DNA of 64,000 nucleotides from Octopus vulgaris (taxonomy: Eukaryota): positions 75,950,001 to 76,014,000 of the forward strand of contig OX597824.1 in NCBI GenBank assembly GCA_951406725.2. The letters run 5' to 3'. A program made the position numbers and the translations under genes. Positions 39,771 through 52,768 of the stretch are shown here, in pieces (the stretch's first letter is position 1; every line of letters begins with the position of its first letter). Below the pieces are notes generated by a model, which saw nothing but the letters and a program-made list of their open reading frames with translations, was not told the origin of the DNA and did not search any database.

Positions 39771-40350
39771 TACAATGTTGAGTTTGATCTGAGAACATAG
39801 ACTTTTTTGTGGAGAATGGCGTTTTGACGTCTATATCTAGCATGTTGACTGTCCACTTTTCGTGTTCAGTCCTTAATTGGTATATATATATATGTATACA
39901 TATATATATGTATATATACGAGTGTTTGTATCTCAACGATGAGAAATATAATCTTTATGGTCTACGGGACACTACTCGTTAGATTTAACATGAGTTGCTT
40001 CCCTTGAGCAAACGACAGCCGCGTAACGTTCACTGGAGAATATATTAGAGAAGATAAAAACGGAAGGAATACAGTGTTAATTAAAATGATTAATCTTAAT
40101 AATTGTTTATTTGTTGATAAATAATTATGAAATGAAATTAAGCAGGAACTGTTTAAAAACATTGTTTCGATAAATAGTATGTGATATATTTCATTCTGGA
40201 ATAAATTGCTTCATTTTTAAAACATGTTTTAGTTAAAATTTATTTTACTGATTTTGTCCTTATTTCTTTGGTCATTAGATATCGATTTTCTCGCTCTCTT
40301 GTGCGTAGATCAGATACAAATTTACACACGTCTGTGGCAGTCTACTGCAC
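38700..40350. promoter_or_regulatory. CpG-retaining unique region, candidate promoter or first-exon zone
   Basis: By eye, CG dinucleotides are noticeably more frequent in the unique sequence here than in the CpG-poor 0-37 kb region. Not computed. Confidence 0.3.
39060..39290 (-). mobile_element. Nin/Deu-core SINE (family B), full length with perfect 19-bp TSD
   Basis: TSD TCCAATAAGCAAAGATACC at 39041-39059 and 39291-39309. Head GGCGGCGAGCTGGCAGAA, B-box GAGTTCAAATTCC, core TTTGCCTTTCATCCTTTCG..GTCGATAAATTAAGTACC. Confidence 0.92.
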
Positions 40351-40351
40351 A

Positions 40352-40832
40352 GTTTTTCTCTCATTGGACTGCGGCCATGCTGGGGCACCACCTTAACGTA
40401 TTTAGTCGAACAAATCGACCTCGGTGCGTATTTTAAAACCTAGTACTTATTCTGTCGGTCTCTTTTGCTGGACTACTAAGTTACTGAGACGTAAACAGTT
40501 AAACCAACACCAGTTGTCGACACGGTGGGAGGGTGGAAAACACGTATGCACTCATGCAGGGTTTACGCAATTTCTGTCTACCAAATTTCTTATTCTGTCG
40601 GTCTCTTTTGCTGGACTACTAAGTTACTGAGACGTAAACAGATAAACCAACACCAGTTGTCGACACGGTGGGAGGGTGGAAAACATGTACGCACTCATGC
40701 AGGGTTTACGCAATTTCTGTCTACCAAATTCACTCACAAGGTGTTGGTCAGCTTGAGGTCATAGTAGAAGACACTTGCACTTGCAGCTCTTTGGAACTAA
40801 ACTTGAAACTACACGGTTTCAAAGTGAGCTGC
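40352..40832 (-). mobile_element. Older SINE family A copy with an internal duplication of about 140 bp
   Basis: The block cttattctgtcggtctc...ctaccaaatt occurs twice (about 40447 and 40589). Confidence 0.75.
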
Positions 40833-40836
40833 TTAA

Positions 40837-41058
40837 CCCTTTCGTTACTAACCCGGCCAAAACCGGCTCTGGCTCTGTAGTACAAATGTCTTGTTTTCAT
40901 AAGTTTTGCATCAAAATATACCACCAAACATTAGTTGCAATTTATATTCCTAACACTAGCTTAATGATAGCTAAGTTATTTTACTAAATTCTTTGTTATA
41001 TTTAAAATTAACTGAAAGAAACACAGAGCATCTCAAAATAAATACGGTAACAAAAGAG
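40837..41058. mobile_element. piggyBac-like MITE nested in a SINE
   Basis: TTAA|CCCTTTCGTTAC...GTAACAAAAGAG|TTAA, with TTAA at 40833-40836 and 41059-41062. Removing it restores the host SINE sequence. Confidence 0.85.
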
Positions 41059-41250
41059 TTAAACCCACAGCCTTACCTCTACCTGTGGAGCCTTCACAGT
41101 CTTTACTGACTGTTTGGATAAAGTGGGCTAAGGTGGATGTGTGTGTTTTAGAGAAGCTAAATATCTCACAAACCAGTTTGTATATACTGGACTGGTCTGA
41201 ATCTCTCTGACAGCAGTTGCTGAGCACTTCTGTTACAAATTTTGCTAATA

Positions 41251-41483
41251 TTTTATTCTTTATTGCCCACAAGGGGCTAAACATAGAGGGGAAAAACAAA
41301 GACAGACAAAGGAATTGAGTCGATTACATTGACCCCAGTGCGCAACTGGTACTTATTTTATCAACCCCCGAAATGATGAAAGGCAAAGTTGACCTCGGCG
41401 GAATTTGAACTCAGAGCGTGACGGCCGAGGAAATATGCTAAGCATCTCGCCCGGCGTGCTAACATTTCTGCCAGCTTGCCGCC
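41251..41483 (-). mobile_element. Family B SINE
   Basis: Reverse complement of head, core and tail. Confidence 0.85.
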
Positions 41484-42258
41484 TTTTATACAGATGTAGC
41501 TAATATTATAGAATACACACACACACACACACAGACAGCGAGAGAGCAACAATGGTGTTTATCCTATGATCTAATTTAATTTAAGCATAATGTTGCAGGT
41601 TGTATATATTATGCCTTCTGGCTGGCAGTACAGGCTCCAGCTGTGTAACGTATACAGGATATGTAGCTACGCCCTGCTTACAATCATTACTAACTCAACT
41701 TGCCATCAATGTTGGGTACAATAAAAGAGCTGCTCAGCCTGTTTGTGTTTGTGAAACAAAGAAAGAAGTTTTTTGGGTATGGTTTCAAAATACTTTGAAT
41801 GAAATAATCTGACACTAGTGTTGTTTATTTGATCTAAGTGTTAAACCAGGAACAGGCAATCTGTTTTTCGAGAAGTGGGCTGCGTGGGATGTAGCTTGCC
41901 ATTAGGTGGGCTGCACTACTAAAGACAGTTGATAGTAATTTTTTCATTAGTCATGCCATGCCGAACATCCTGCAGGCCTCAGGTTGCCCATGACAGGTCT
42001 GTTCTGTTACTAGCATGGTACTGTGTGTCTTTTGACTGAGGTTCATTGTGTGATTAACACTGTTGTGACTTTGATCCATACTGTTACTAGCACTGTCATG
42101 TCCTTGACCTTCATTTGTACCAGAGGTCAAGGACCTTTTTTTTAGCCAATTACCCCAAAAATTTATTTATGCTGACATTACCCCCTTGATTTGAAAGGAA
42201 GAAAATCATAGATTCTTTGGATTCCAAAGATTTATTGAATTTATTTATATGGAGAATA

Positions 42259-42511
42259 ATAATAATAAATAAATGCACCCTTTTAAAGCCAAGCCAGGCT
42301 CATGGGCCCAGTTTCCCGCTTTCAATGGCATATGTGTTCCCTTGCTGGACGGGACTCCAGTCCATCGCAGCGTTACTCATTTTTGCCAGCTGAGTGGACT
42401 GGAGCAACGTGAAATGAAGTGTTTTGCTCAAGGCACAACACGTTGCCCGGTCCAGGAATCGAAACCACAATCTTACGATCATGATGCAGACACCCTAACC
42501 ACAAAGCCACG
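42259..42511 (-). mobile_element. tRNA-derived CORE/V-domain SINE
   Basis: On the minus strand: GTGGCTTTGTGGTTAGG, GTTTCGATTCC, ccttgagcaaaacactt, CTGCGATGGACTGGAGTCCCGTCCAG, (ATT) tail. Confidence 0.8.
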
Positions 42512-42534
42512 CATATACTAAAATTGGAACGATA
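42512..42534 (+). pseudogene. RNU6: 23-nt U6 snRNA fragment
   Basis: CATATACTAAAATTGGAACGATA is identical to the conserved 5' region of metazoan U6 snRNA. The rest of U6 is absent. Confidence 0.8.
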
Positions 42535-43600
42535 TATGGAAAATACAATTATAAATATAAAATGTATTAAATGTGATAAAATAAATTAATATCCTTATTA
42601 TGAAATGAAAGGATTTCTCTAGAAACTTTTTCCACTTTGGGTTTTGTAGAAATACTGTTTCATTTTTGATACAATTATATTAAAATTTGGGCATTTTGAT
42701 GCCAGAGTAATTTGGATACAGTCTTCGGGATCCAATTGATTCCTCTACTTTGTTTTTATGTTCATTAGAGTGGAAAACCTTTGTTTGCAAAGATAGGTTG
42801 TTGCAAAGGCAGCAGCCGCATTTTGCCTGCCTCCTTATTGCAGAAAAATTTCTGTCATAACAAGGGATACACTTTTTAAAAAAAAATATATTTTTACTTA
42901 TGCCTACCTAATGAGTCCTCAGTACCCACCAAAGTTTCATTTTTACCCCACTTGTTTGTTTCCAGCCTTTCATTAAAAACCCTGCCTGGGCACGAGAGAA
43001 ATGTTATCCCTGTTTGGAAACAGGTGAAGGTTGGTAACAGGAAGGGCATCCAACATATAAAAAATACACCTCAGAAACGTAGACATTTATTGCTGATGAA
43101 AGTAATTATGATATAAATTCTCTGTGTCTATTTTGCAGTCAGTAGAATGTGGTTTGAGGTCAAACTTTGCTGTTATTTCTAGCAGGTCGATTAACCACAT
43201 AGAGACAGTCCCAGACATACATAAGTAGTTAAAATAAGTTAAGAACTACCTAACTATTATAAGCAATTTGAAAACAGCATTGAGTACTTGTGGTATGGTG
43301 TGCCTAATTTGGTTCTGATCATGTGAGTAGATCAATAAGCTTTCCGACCGAAGTCAATATTTATCAAGGTATATAACTCTGCATATATTCTCAATCAGTT
43401 ACCTCCCTCGTTTTCCATAATTTCTGTATTTCTATTTCCTACCTTGAGCACCTCGTCTTATTGTTTTATTTGACATCCTTTAGAATACGCGAGTCGTTCT
43501 AACGCGAATTTTTTCTCCTGCGTAATTTCGGGTAATCTAGGAGTGAATAGGGATTAAATTGATGCATAGCGATTTGTTATCTCAAAGTAATACTTACATC

Positions 43601-43629
<29 letters not shown>

Positions 43630-43634
<5 letters not shown>

Positions 43635-44184
43635 CCTTTCTACAAAAGGCGGCACAAGGCCTGGAATTTGTGGGATGGGGTCTTGTCGATGTCACCTAGC
43701 CTAGGGCTCAACTGGTACCTATTGCATTGACCCCCAAAGAGATGAAAAGCAAAGTTGACCTTGGAATTTGAATTCAGAATATAAATTTGAGGTGAGGGGA
43801 CTAGTTGATTACATTGACTTCAGTGTATCACTGGTACTTAATTTATCGACCTCGAAAGGGTGAAAGGTAAAATCGACCTCGGCGGAATTTGAATTAAGAA
43901 ATGCCGCTTAGCGTTTTGCCTGGCATCCCAACGATTCTGCCAGTTGTCCACAATATAATAATAATAATATTCCTTTTTACTGAAGGCACAAGGCCTTGAA
44001 ATTTTTGGGGAGGAAACTAGTCGATTACATAGACCCCAGTGTTTCACTGGTACTTAATTTACTAACCTCGAAAGAATGAAAGGCAAAGTTGACCTTGGTG
44101 GAATTTGAACTCAGAATGCAGCGGAAGACGAAATACCGATAGGCATTTCACCTGGCATGCTAACGATTCTGCCAGCTCACTGCC

Positions 44185-44227
<43 letters not shown>

Positions 44228-45135
44228 TTGGTCTCAAATTTTGGCACAAGGCCAGCAAGTTGGGGGAAGGGTTAAGTCGATACCTGTGCATAACTGGTAC
44301 TTTTTTTTTTATCAGTCCCCAAAAGGATGAAAGGCAAAACTGACCTCAGTGGAATTTGAACTGTGAATGTAAAGACAGATGAAATGCTACAGTACTATAT
44401 TTAAGAGATGAGGAATTATGTACATCATTTACATTCGACGGATATTTGTCCTCATCTTGTTTGTTGCTCACGGGCATATGGCGTAGTGGTTAAGAGTGCG
44501 GGCTACTAACCCCAAGATTCCGAGTTCGATTCCAAGCAGTGACCTGAACAACAATAATAATAATAACAACATCAGAGAATACCTTAGGAATGAGAACCCA
44601 GGTTCGAAATTTCCCCAAGACACCTGAAGAAGGCTGGAGGGTATATTGGCCGAAACGTGTTAACAACAAACAAGATGTGGACAAATATCAGATGAAATGC
44701 TGCTAAGCATTTTGATTGGCATGCTAACAATTCTGCCAGCTTGCCGCCTGTAATAATAACAATAATAATGATTTTAAATTTTGGCTCAAGGCCAGCAATT
44801 TAAGGGGAAGGGTAAGTTGATTACATCAACCCCAGTACTAAAACCTTTAGTAGAAAGAATTCTAGTCTATCGCATTGACCCCCAGTGTTTCACTGGTACT
44901 TAATTTATCGACCCTGAAAGGATGAACGGCAAAGTCAACCTCAACAGAATTTGAACTCGGAACGCAAGGACGAGTGAAATGCAGTCAAGAATTGCAGGAC
45001 TGGTACTTATTTTGTTGACCCCCCCTCCACCCGACCCCAAAGGTTGAAAGGCAGAGTTGACCTTGGCTGAATTTGAACTTGCATGTAATGACAGGGGAAT
45101 TAACAGATGCAAATGATTCTGCCAGCTCACTGCCC
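43630..45135 (-). mobile_element. Cluster of Nin-core SINEs between (TAA)n tracts
   Basis: Repeated ggcacaaggcc..gaaaggcaaagttgacc..tctgccagctc units. Confidence 0.8.
44390..44690 (+). mobile_element. tRNA-headed, Penelope-like non-autonomous element with hammerhead-ribozyme-like core
   Basis: A box TGGCGTAGTGG and B box GAGTTCGATTCC. CTGAAGA (44624-44630), stem II, GAAACG (44652). Inverted repeat of about 25 bp at 44442-44466 / 44664-44689. Confidence 0.55.
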
Positions 45136-45180
45136 ATACAATAATAATAATAATAATAATGATAATAATAATAATAATAA

Positions 45181-45715
45181 ACAGAAAAAAGATGGTATAG
45201 GCACACACCAGAAAAAGTCACAGAAAACGAGAAAGCAACCATACTCTGGGATATGCCGATACACACAGATAGAGAAATTAAGGCCAACAGACCAGATATA
45301 GTTGTCAGTGATCATGAAGAAAAAAAAAAATGCTTTCTAATTGATGTATCAATACCGGCAGATGACAACGTGTCTCTAAAAGAAATGGAGAAACTTTCAA
45401 AATACAAAGACCTGGAAATAGAGGTAACCAGAATGTGGAATTTAAAAACAGAAACAATTCCTATCATAGTAGGTGCATTAGGCATGATAAAAAAATATTC
45501 AGACAAATACATAACAAAAACACCAGGACTTACAAACACATATAACATACAGAAAATTGCACTACTAGGCACTGCACACATCCTACGCAGAACACTTTCC
45601 ATACAATAACCATCAGAGCATCACAACAAATCACAGCACATACCTAAGGCACACAGAGCTGCGCTCGGTAGTGAAGTGAAAGCACGCTATAAAAATAAAA
45701 CTACTGAATGATAAT
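45181..45715 (+). mobile_element. Dong/R4-clade non-LTR retrotransposon 3' fragment with restriction-like endonuclease domain, inserted in a (TAA)n tract
   Basis: The frame from 45181 reads EKRWYRHTPEKVTENEKATILWDMPIHTDREIKANRPDIVV..LIDVSIP..EKLSKYKDL..IPIIVGALG..QKIALLGTAHILRRTL*, containing the RLE 'RPD..D..K..KY' motif. TAA repeats flank both sides. Confidence 0.9.
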
Positions 45716-46787
45716 AATAGTTTTGGTATAAAAGATGGGCTACAGCAAATATTCTGCTTGTCAGTTGCTTGACCATAACCAGTTGAGCATGTCTCATAGT
45801 GGCTGGTGATATGTGCATCTCTGATCACGAGCAGAAGTAGTGGGGGAGCATCATAGCCTTGTGTTGAGAGGGATTCTTTGGGGTTTGAATAATTCACCTC
45901 TGGAAGCATGGGTTTTTTTGTTCAACATCCTTAAGCAACTCTTATTCAGGGACCTTTTGAGCAGAATGGGTTACTCGACCAGAAGAAAATTCTAACTGAG
46001 CCCCACCTGCAAGGTCATGTGCTGTTTATCTTGATATGAAATCACCACGTCGCGCACATATGGTTGTGATGCATGTGTCTAGTGTACTCTTATCAGACGG
46101 GTATATTTTACTCCAGTGTCACTTTGATGGCATGCACTGCTCTCTCACTCAGTAATAATAATAATAATAGTTAAAGAGCACTATAAGTTTACATCAATTT
46201 ACAGTTTATTTTTTTTTTTATCCTTACAATATACTTTTACAATATAGAAATATCAAACATGTAGAATGGATTTAATGTATTCTGTAGATCTGTGTAATTA
46301 TACATCCAGACAAATTTGAGGCAGGGATTACATATGCACGCCTAAATGTTACAATTTAGTAAACGAAAGCGGTGAGTTGGTGTGTTTATCATAACACAGA
46401 TTGGACCCCAAGTAGTGAGCGAAATCTCTGATTAATTGAATAAATGAATAAATTAATAGATAAATAACTTGTTAACAACTGCAACAACAACAATAATAAT
46501 AATATGTGGATAATGATGTTAATATTAGCGATAATTTTAAGGCTGCAAGCTGGCAGACTCGTTAGCACACTAGACAAATTGCTTAGTGGCACATTGCTTG
46601 TCTTTGGGTTCAAATTCCCCTGGGGTTGACTTTGCCTTTCATCCTTTGGACGGGGGGGTTGATAAAATAAGTAACAGTTGAGCATAGAGGTCAATGTAAT
46701 TGACTACCCCCGCATAATTGCTGGCCTTGTGCAAAAATTTGAAACCTTGATATAATGATTTCTTTATTTTCATGTCTTCATTGATGA

Positions 46788-46833
<46 letters not shown>

Positions 46834-47050
46834 ATATTATTATTATATTATTATAATATTATTATTATTATATTATTATTATTATTATAGTATTATTATT
46901 ATTATTATTATAATAATATTATTATATTATTATTATTATAATAATAATATTATTATATCATTATTATTATTATATTATAATATTATTATTATTATTGTTA
47001 TAATATCATTATTATATTATTACCATTTATTTTTATTATTATTATTGTGA
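46788..47050. repeat. Degenerate (ATT)n microsatellite
   Basis: Direct reading; a similar tract lies at 49480-49660. Confidence 0.95.
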
Positions 47051-48513
47051 TTTTGCTTGTACCTATGTTAGTTAATTATGTTTTCTAGCATTGGCTCATG
47101 TAACAACAACAACAATAATAATAATAATAATACGAATGATAATAATAATGATATTGACAATAATATTGAAGAATGAAACACCAGAGTTCGGGAATTGGTG
47201 CTGCTGTGTTGTGTGGCAGAAAACACGCATGTAGTGGTTGTATTTGCTGCAGGAATTTTTCCACATTAGAATGAACCAGCCGACTGTTCAATGTTGCTTG
47301 AACTGCTGATGGAATCGGTGAAATAAAAATCAATGAGAGGGAGAAGGAGGAAGCGGACAGAGCCGAGAAATTCTGCTACCATTGTTCACCAGCAATATGG
47401 CTACCCAAAAATCAGCTAATATATATATACACATATATAGATAGATATATATATGTGTATATGAGGCCTGTTCTGTCTTCTGTTCATCATTAATTTTGTC
47501 TCCATCCCCCGCTTCTCTTATATATACCTACCTGTTGTTCTGGCAGAGAATCTATGTATATGTAGCTGCAATATGCTTCACCTATCGTTGTTTGTTATGT
47601 TTGGCAATGATGGTAACGGTGGCGGTGGTCGTCGATTTTCGTGAGAAATACCACTACTAATAATACTAATAGTAATTGACTTTCGAATATATATATATGA
47701 GGTTCAGTAGATTTTTAGAAGAGGGAATCGAATACTTCCGAAAAATATATATATATAACCCACCCCCACCAAAAATAAAAACAAACATTTTCTGGTTCTG
47801 TGGCAGTTCCTACTATCTCTTTCCTAGTTCTTCCTCCTTTCTTTACTTCTTTCCTTTGTTTCCCCAATATGTTGTCATTATTATTATCATTATTATTATT
47901 TTTATTATTAATTACTATTATCATTATTATTATTATAATTATTATTATTATTAATATTATTATTGCCATCATCATTATCATCATCATTGTTGTTGATGTT
48001 GGTTGTGTTTTTGTATGTATGTATGTATGTATGTATGTATGTGTCTGTGTATGGTGAACGAAATATTTCCTTGTTTCTTATTTTGTTTCTGTATGGAAAA
48101 ATAAAAATGAAGGCAAAAACATTTCGTTAACCATTTTTTATTTCATTATTAAATTAAATTAAAAGCAAATCAGTAAACGAAAACCTTTATAGTAGGCTTT
48201 CTAGCTGGCTACACATATAAATATATATATATATGTATATGTGTGTGTATATGTATACACGTACGCTCACAATCTGCTTTGAGCGAGTGCACATTGTTCC
48301 CGCTCTTTCTCTCTCTCTCTCTCTCTCTCATTCCTGTATTTATTTACCAAAACACTGCAGCTCGTCTTTGTCGTCATCATCGTCATCACTATTATTATTT
48401 CAATTTATTTTATTGACCTGTTTTTATTTTGTGATGGTTATATATAAACATATATATATTATGTACTTCTAATTAGGATTAAATAAATGAAATATTGAAA
48501 TTTAATTAAAAGA

Positions 48514-48547
<34 letters not shown>

Positions 48548-49565
48548 AGCAAAATTTTCTTTTAATTAAATTTCAATGGATATATATTTGAAGGAGAGGA
48601 TCTCTGGTACTTTGTTCTTCAATTTTTTTGGGGTGGGTTAACAGAATGGTGTTTGATGGTGGCTATAATTTATTCATGTTGAATTTAATTAAAAGGAGCA
48701 ACAACTCTGTGTGTGTGTGTATGTGTGTGATTGTTTACATAAATGTATGTGTGTGTACATAAACACGCATGCATACACACATAGAGCACATACATTCATG
48801 GCAAGGCTAGAAACATGCCTAACCCTCCCACACACGTACATGTGCTCATATGTATGTATGTGCATTGTGTCTGTATTATGTGTATGAGTGTGTGTGTGTA
48901 TTAACCCATTATTATATATATATATATATATATATATATTTTTATATATATATTTTTATATATATATACACTCACACACACACATATATAATGTGTAATA
49001 GTAATTTTCCATTAGTCTTGATTTCTCCCTCCTTTTAGCTATTTTCCTGTTGTCTATTATTCTGATGAAGGACTTTCACTTGAAACGTCAAGCACACTGC
49101 CACTTTCTTCCTTCTCAGCTGCCTGAAGAATAACAATTATACACTTTCTGTTCATTTTCTCTCTTTCTCATTATACCTGCCTCTTGAAAATATACCTGTG
49201 TGTATCTATAATAAATATATATATTTGTATTTAAAAATCTATATGCAGGTGTGACGGATAGTGTGTGTATGTACACAACATATATATACATATATATATT
49301 GGAACGTGCGTATGTTCATATATGTATGTATATAATTGTGTGTGTATACACAAACACACACACACACACACATTGCTAATTTATATATTGTAATTTTGTT
49401 ATTATTAGCAACTATTATTTTTTTTTATATCATTTTTAATATCGATTTCATTATTTAAAATGTTACAAATCATTATTTTGATATATTATTATTCTGATTA
49501 TTATTTTTATTATGATTATGATTATTATTTTTATTATTATGATTATTATTATTATTTTTATTATG

Positions 49566-49597
<32 letters not shown>

Positions 49598-50079
49598 GAT
49601 TATTTTTATTATTATTATTATTGTTATTATTATTGTTATTATTATTATTATTATTGTTATTGGGTCAGCGAGGCTGGCAGAATTGCTAGTACACTGGACA
49701 AAATGCTCGACGGAATTTCGTCCGTCCCTACATTCTGAGTTAAAAATTCTGCCAAGGTCCATTTTTGCTTTTCATTCCTCTTGGGGCTGGTGAAATAAGT
49801 ACCAGTTGGTTAGTGAAGTCAATGCAATTGACCAGCTTCTTCCCCTCAAAATTCCAGCCCTTGTGCTTTTATAGCAGAAATAATAACCATAATAATAATA
49901 ATAATAATTATTATTATTATAATGTGTGTTTGTATATATATATATATATATATATATAAATATATAAAATTATTATTATTATTATCAAAATAATAATATG
50001 AAGAAGAAATAAAAATCAAAATCTAAAATTTTGTTTCAAATTTTTTTGAAATGCCTTTAATTGTTTGACAATTAAAACA

Positions 50080-50399
50080 GCTTTCTCTCTCTCTCTTCCT
50101 TCTCTCTCTCCTTCTTTCTCTCTCTCTCTCTCTCCCTCTCTTCCTCTCTCTTTTGCCGCTTGAATTTTGTTTAATATTTTGAATCTGTTTGATTTCCGTC
50201 TTGTCTGTCTATGTGTTTGCAGTGTTTGTGTTTGTGTGGTGTGTATGTATGTTGTTGAATGAGGGAGAAAGAGAGTGAGAGAGAGTGAGAGAAAGAAAGA
50301 AAGAGAATGAGAGAAACGAAATCATTGAAAGAATGAGAGAGAGAGAGAGAGAGTGAGACTCACTGGGAAATAAATAGATAGAGAGAGAGAGAGAGAGTG

Positions 50400-50441
<42 letters not shown>

Positions 50442-50450
50442 GAGAAGACT
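50080..50450. repeat. (CT)n then (GA)n tracts in inverted arrangement
   Basis: CT tract at about 50083-50150, GA tracts at about 50260-50445. Confidence 0.85.
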
Positions 50451-50760
50451 ACAATGGAGAAGAAGCTGCTTTAAAAATCATTTGATTATATATACTATTC
50501 TGGTAATATACCCCCTGTAAAATTGGTTAAACTTTTGTAGTTGGAATTCTTTGATTGATTTGCTTGTTTGTTTTGTCTGCTTGTTTGCTTTGCATGGCTT
50601 TTGTTTTTGTTTGTTTTTTCGAGCAGGAATGATTTGTAGCGATTCACGGAGGAGCTCTGCCGTTATATAATGTATACGCTTTTTCTTCGAATTTCCAGCT
50701 CAAAATCCAGTATCCAACTATTAAAAGTGAAGCGAGAGAAGACAAGCAGTTCCTGTTGTA

Positions 50761-50777
50761 ATGGGGGACCAACTCTG
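50761..50777 (+). CDS. Candidate first coding segment (MGDQL..) of a downstream + strand gene
   Basis: ATG at 50761 followed by the donor TG|GTAAGC at 50777/50778. It lies in a unique, CpG-containing block downstream of long CT/GA tracts. No downstream exon was identified. Confidence 0.2.
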
Positions 50778-52216
50778 GTAAGCTGGCTTTCAGGTTCATT
50801 CTTCTGTGTCACTCACAATACATTATCGTCTTCTTCATTGCTACTATCATCATCACCATCATTGTTACTATCATCAATGTTATTATTATTATTCCTTAAT
50901 TATTTTTACCATTATTATTTTTGCTATTTTCATGTGTACATACATATCTATGAGCCTATATATAAATATATATAGATAGATATGTATATATATTTATATA
51001 TATATTCACACATATGTATGTTGGTATGTGTTTGTTGTTGCGAACGAGAGAGGAAAAGAGTGAAAGAGAGGGTTCTCCTATAACACTATCCATCGTTTGC
51101 CTAAGCTTATAATATTAACACATCGGAGTGTTGCGAGGAAAAACATGCTACTTGGAAGGTGTATTGATTGCATTCTGCATCCTCGCATATGTGCACTTCT
51201 ATTTCCTCGTGTGTGTAGGTATGTACGTGTGTGTTTCTACATAATATATATATATGGATGGATATGTGTGTGTGTGTGTGTGTGTGTGTATTTCTATGTA
51301 TGTGTGTGTAGAAATATATGTAAGTATTGTGAATGTATATATGTAGAGGTGTGTAACCATATTTTCTTGTAATTTTTCTATGTACGAACACGCGCTTACA
51401 CAGATAGATTTGTACGTATATATATGCTTGTATGTATGTGTGCATGTAAGTTTATATGTATGTATGTGTGTGTGTGTGTATAAATATATATATATATATA
51501 TATGTACATATATATAAATATTCGTATGTATTGGTTTGTGTATCTATAAGTATGTATTGGATATACCTATTATATCGATGTAGGCTTGCAGTGTAGATAA
51601 CAAGAGTCTGTCCCTGTGTGATGCTGCCTACAAAACCACCCACTGCAACTGGATTCGTCTTAACAAAGGCAGCGTATAAATAGTCTGGTGGTGGCCTTTT
51701 AATTGGTTTTTCACTCTTTCTTTAGTTGTATAGATAGAATGAATGGAAGGTGGCGAGGTGTAGTGAGAGTAGGCCAGCTTTCCACTCACTCACTCACTGT
51801 CGGTCCGTCGGTCTGTCCGTCTGTCAGTCTGCGTGCCTGTCTGTCTGACTTACTGCCTGCCTGTCTGTCTGACTTACTGCCTGCCTGCCTGTCCGTCCGT
51901 CTGTCTGCCTGGTTGGCAGACTGACTGCTCCTTCCATGAAGAGTGGATGTGGGGGCGGGGGGGGGTGTAGGTGGATGAATGGATGGATGGATGGATGATT
52001 CAACTGGTAACTTACCTATTCTTCCCAAGAAGGTTTAAGCGTGCATATGGATGTGCGTGTATATGTGTGTGCGTGTATGTGTGTGTGTGTGTATGCACCA
52101 AAGTGCGTATCTGTTTATATGCATATTGTCATTGTACGTGTGTATATATAATACACATCCATGTACACGTGTACATGTTTGCCTATATATATATGTGTTA
52201 TGTGTGTGTGTATATA

Positions 52217-52270
<54 letters not shown>

Positions 52271-52393
52271 CTATATCACCGTGATCACTGTGACCGACCA
52301 GGCTATCAGATGCTGCTATACATCGCTGGTCACAATGCGCTTTGCTTTGTTTTAGCCTTCAAATGATGACACCTCGCTGGCTAAGCGACCAGG

Positions 52394-52448
<55 letters not shown>

Positions 52449-52715
52449 ATATGATATATTTTAGTTTGGTCTTTTGTGACTCCTAACTTGGCTGAAGACC
52501 TGTGCATTACAGGTGAATCTCAGAGTGGCAAATGATCGACTTAGTCAAAATAAATTATATTATTAGTCTTTGTTAAGGTGCTGAGTACTTGCTTTTCTTG
52601 ACAGCCAACATTAAACAGACATATACATACGCGCATATATATATATATATATATACATATAAACGGTGGTGCATCAGCATGGCCGCAGCTCTGAGCTGAG
52701 ACTAAAAAAAAAAAA

Positions 52716-52768
<53 letters not shown>

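Noticed and set aside
41600-41815. Possible solo LTR (TG...AATAAA...CA)
   Set aside because: No TSD or second copy could be established by eye.
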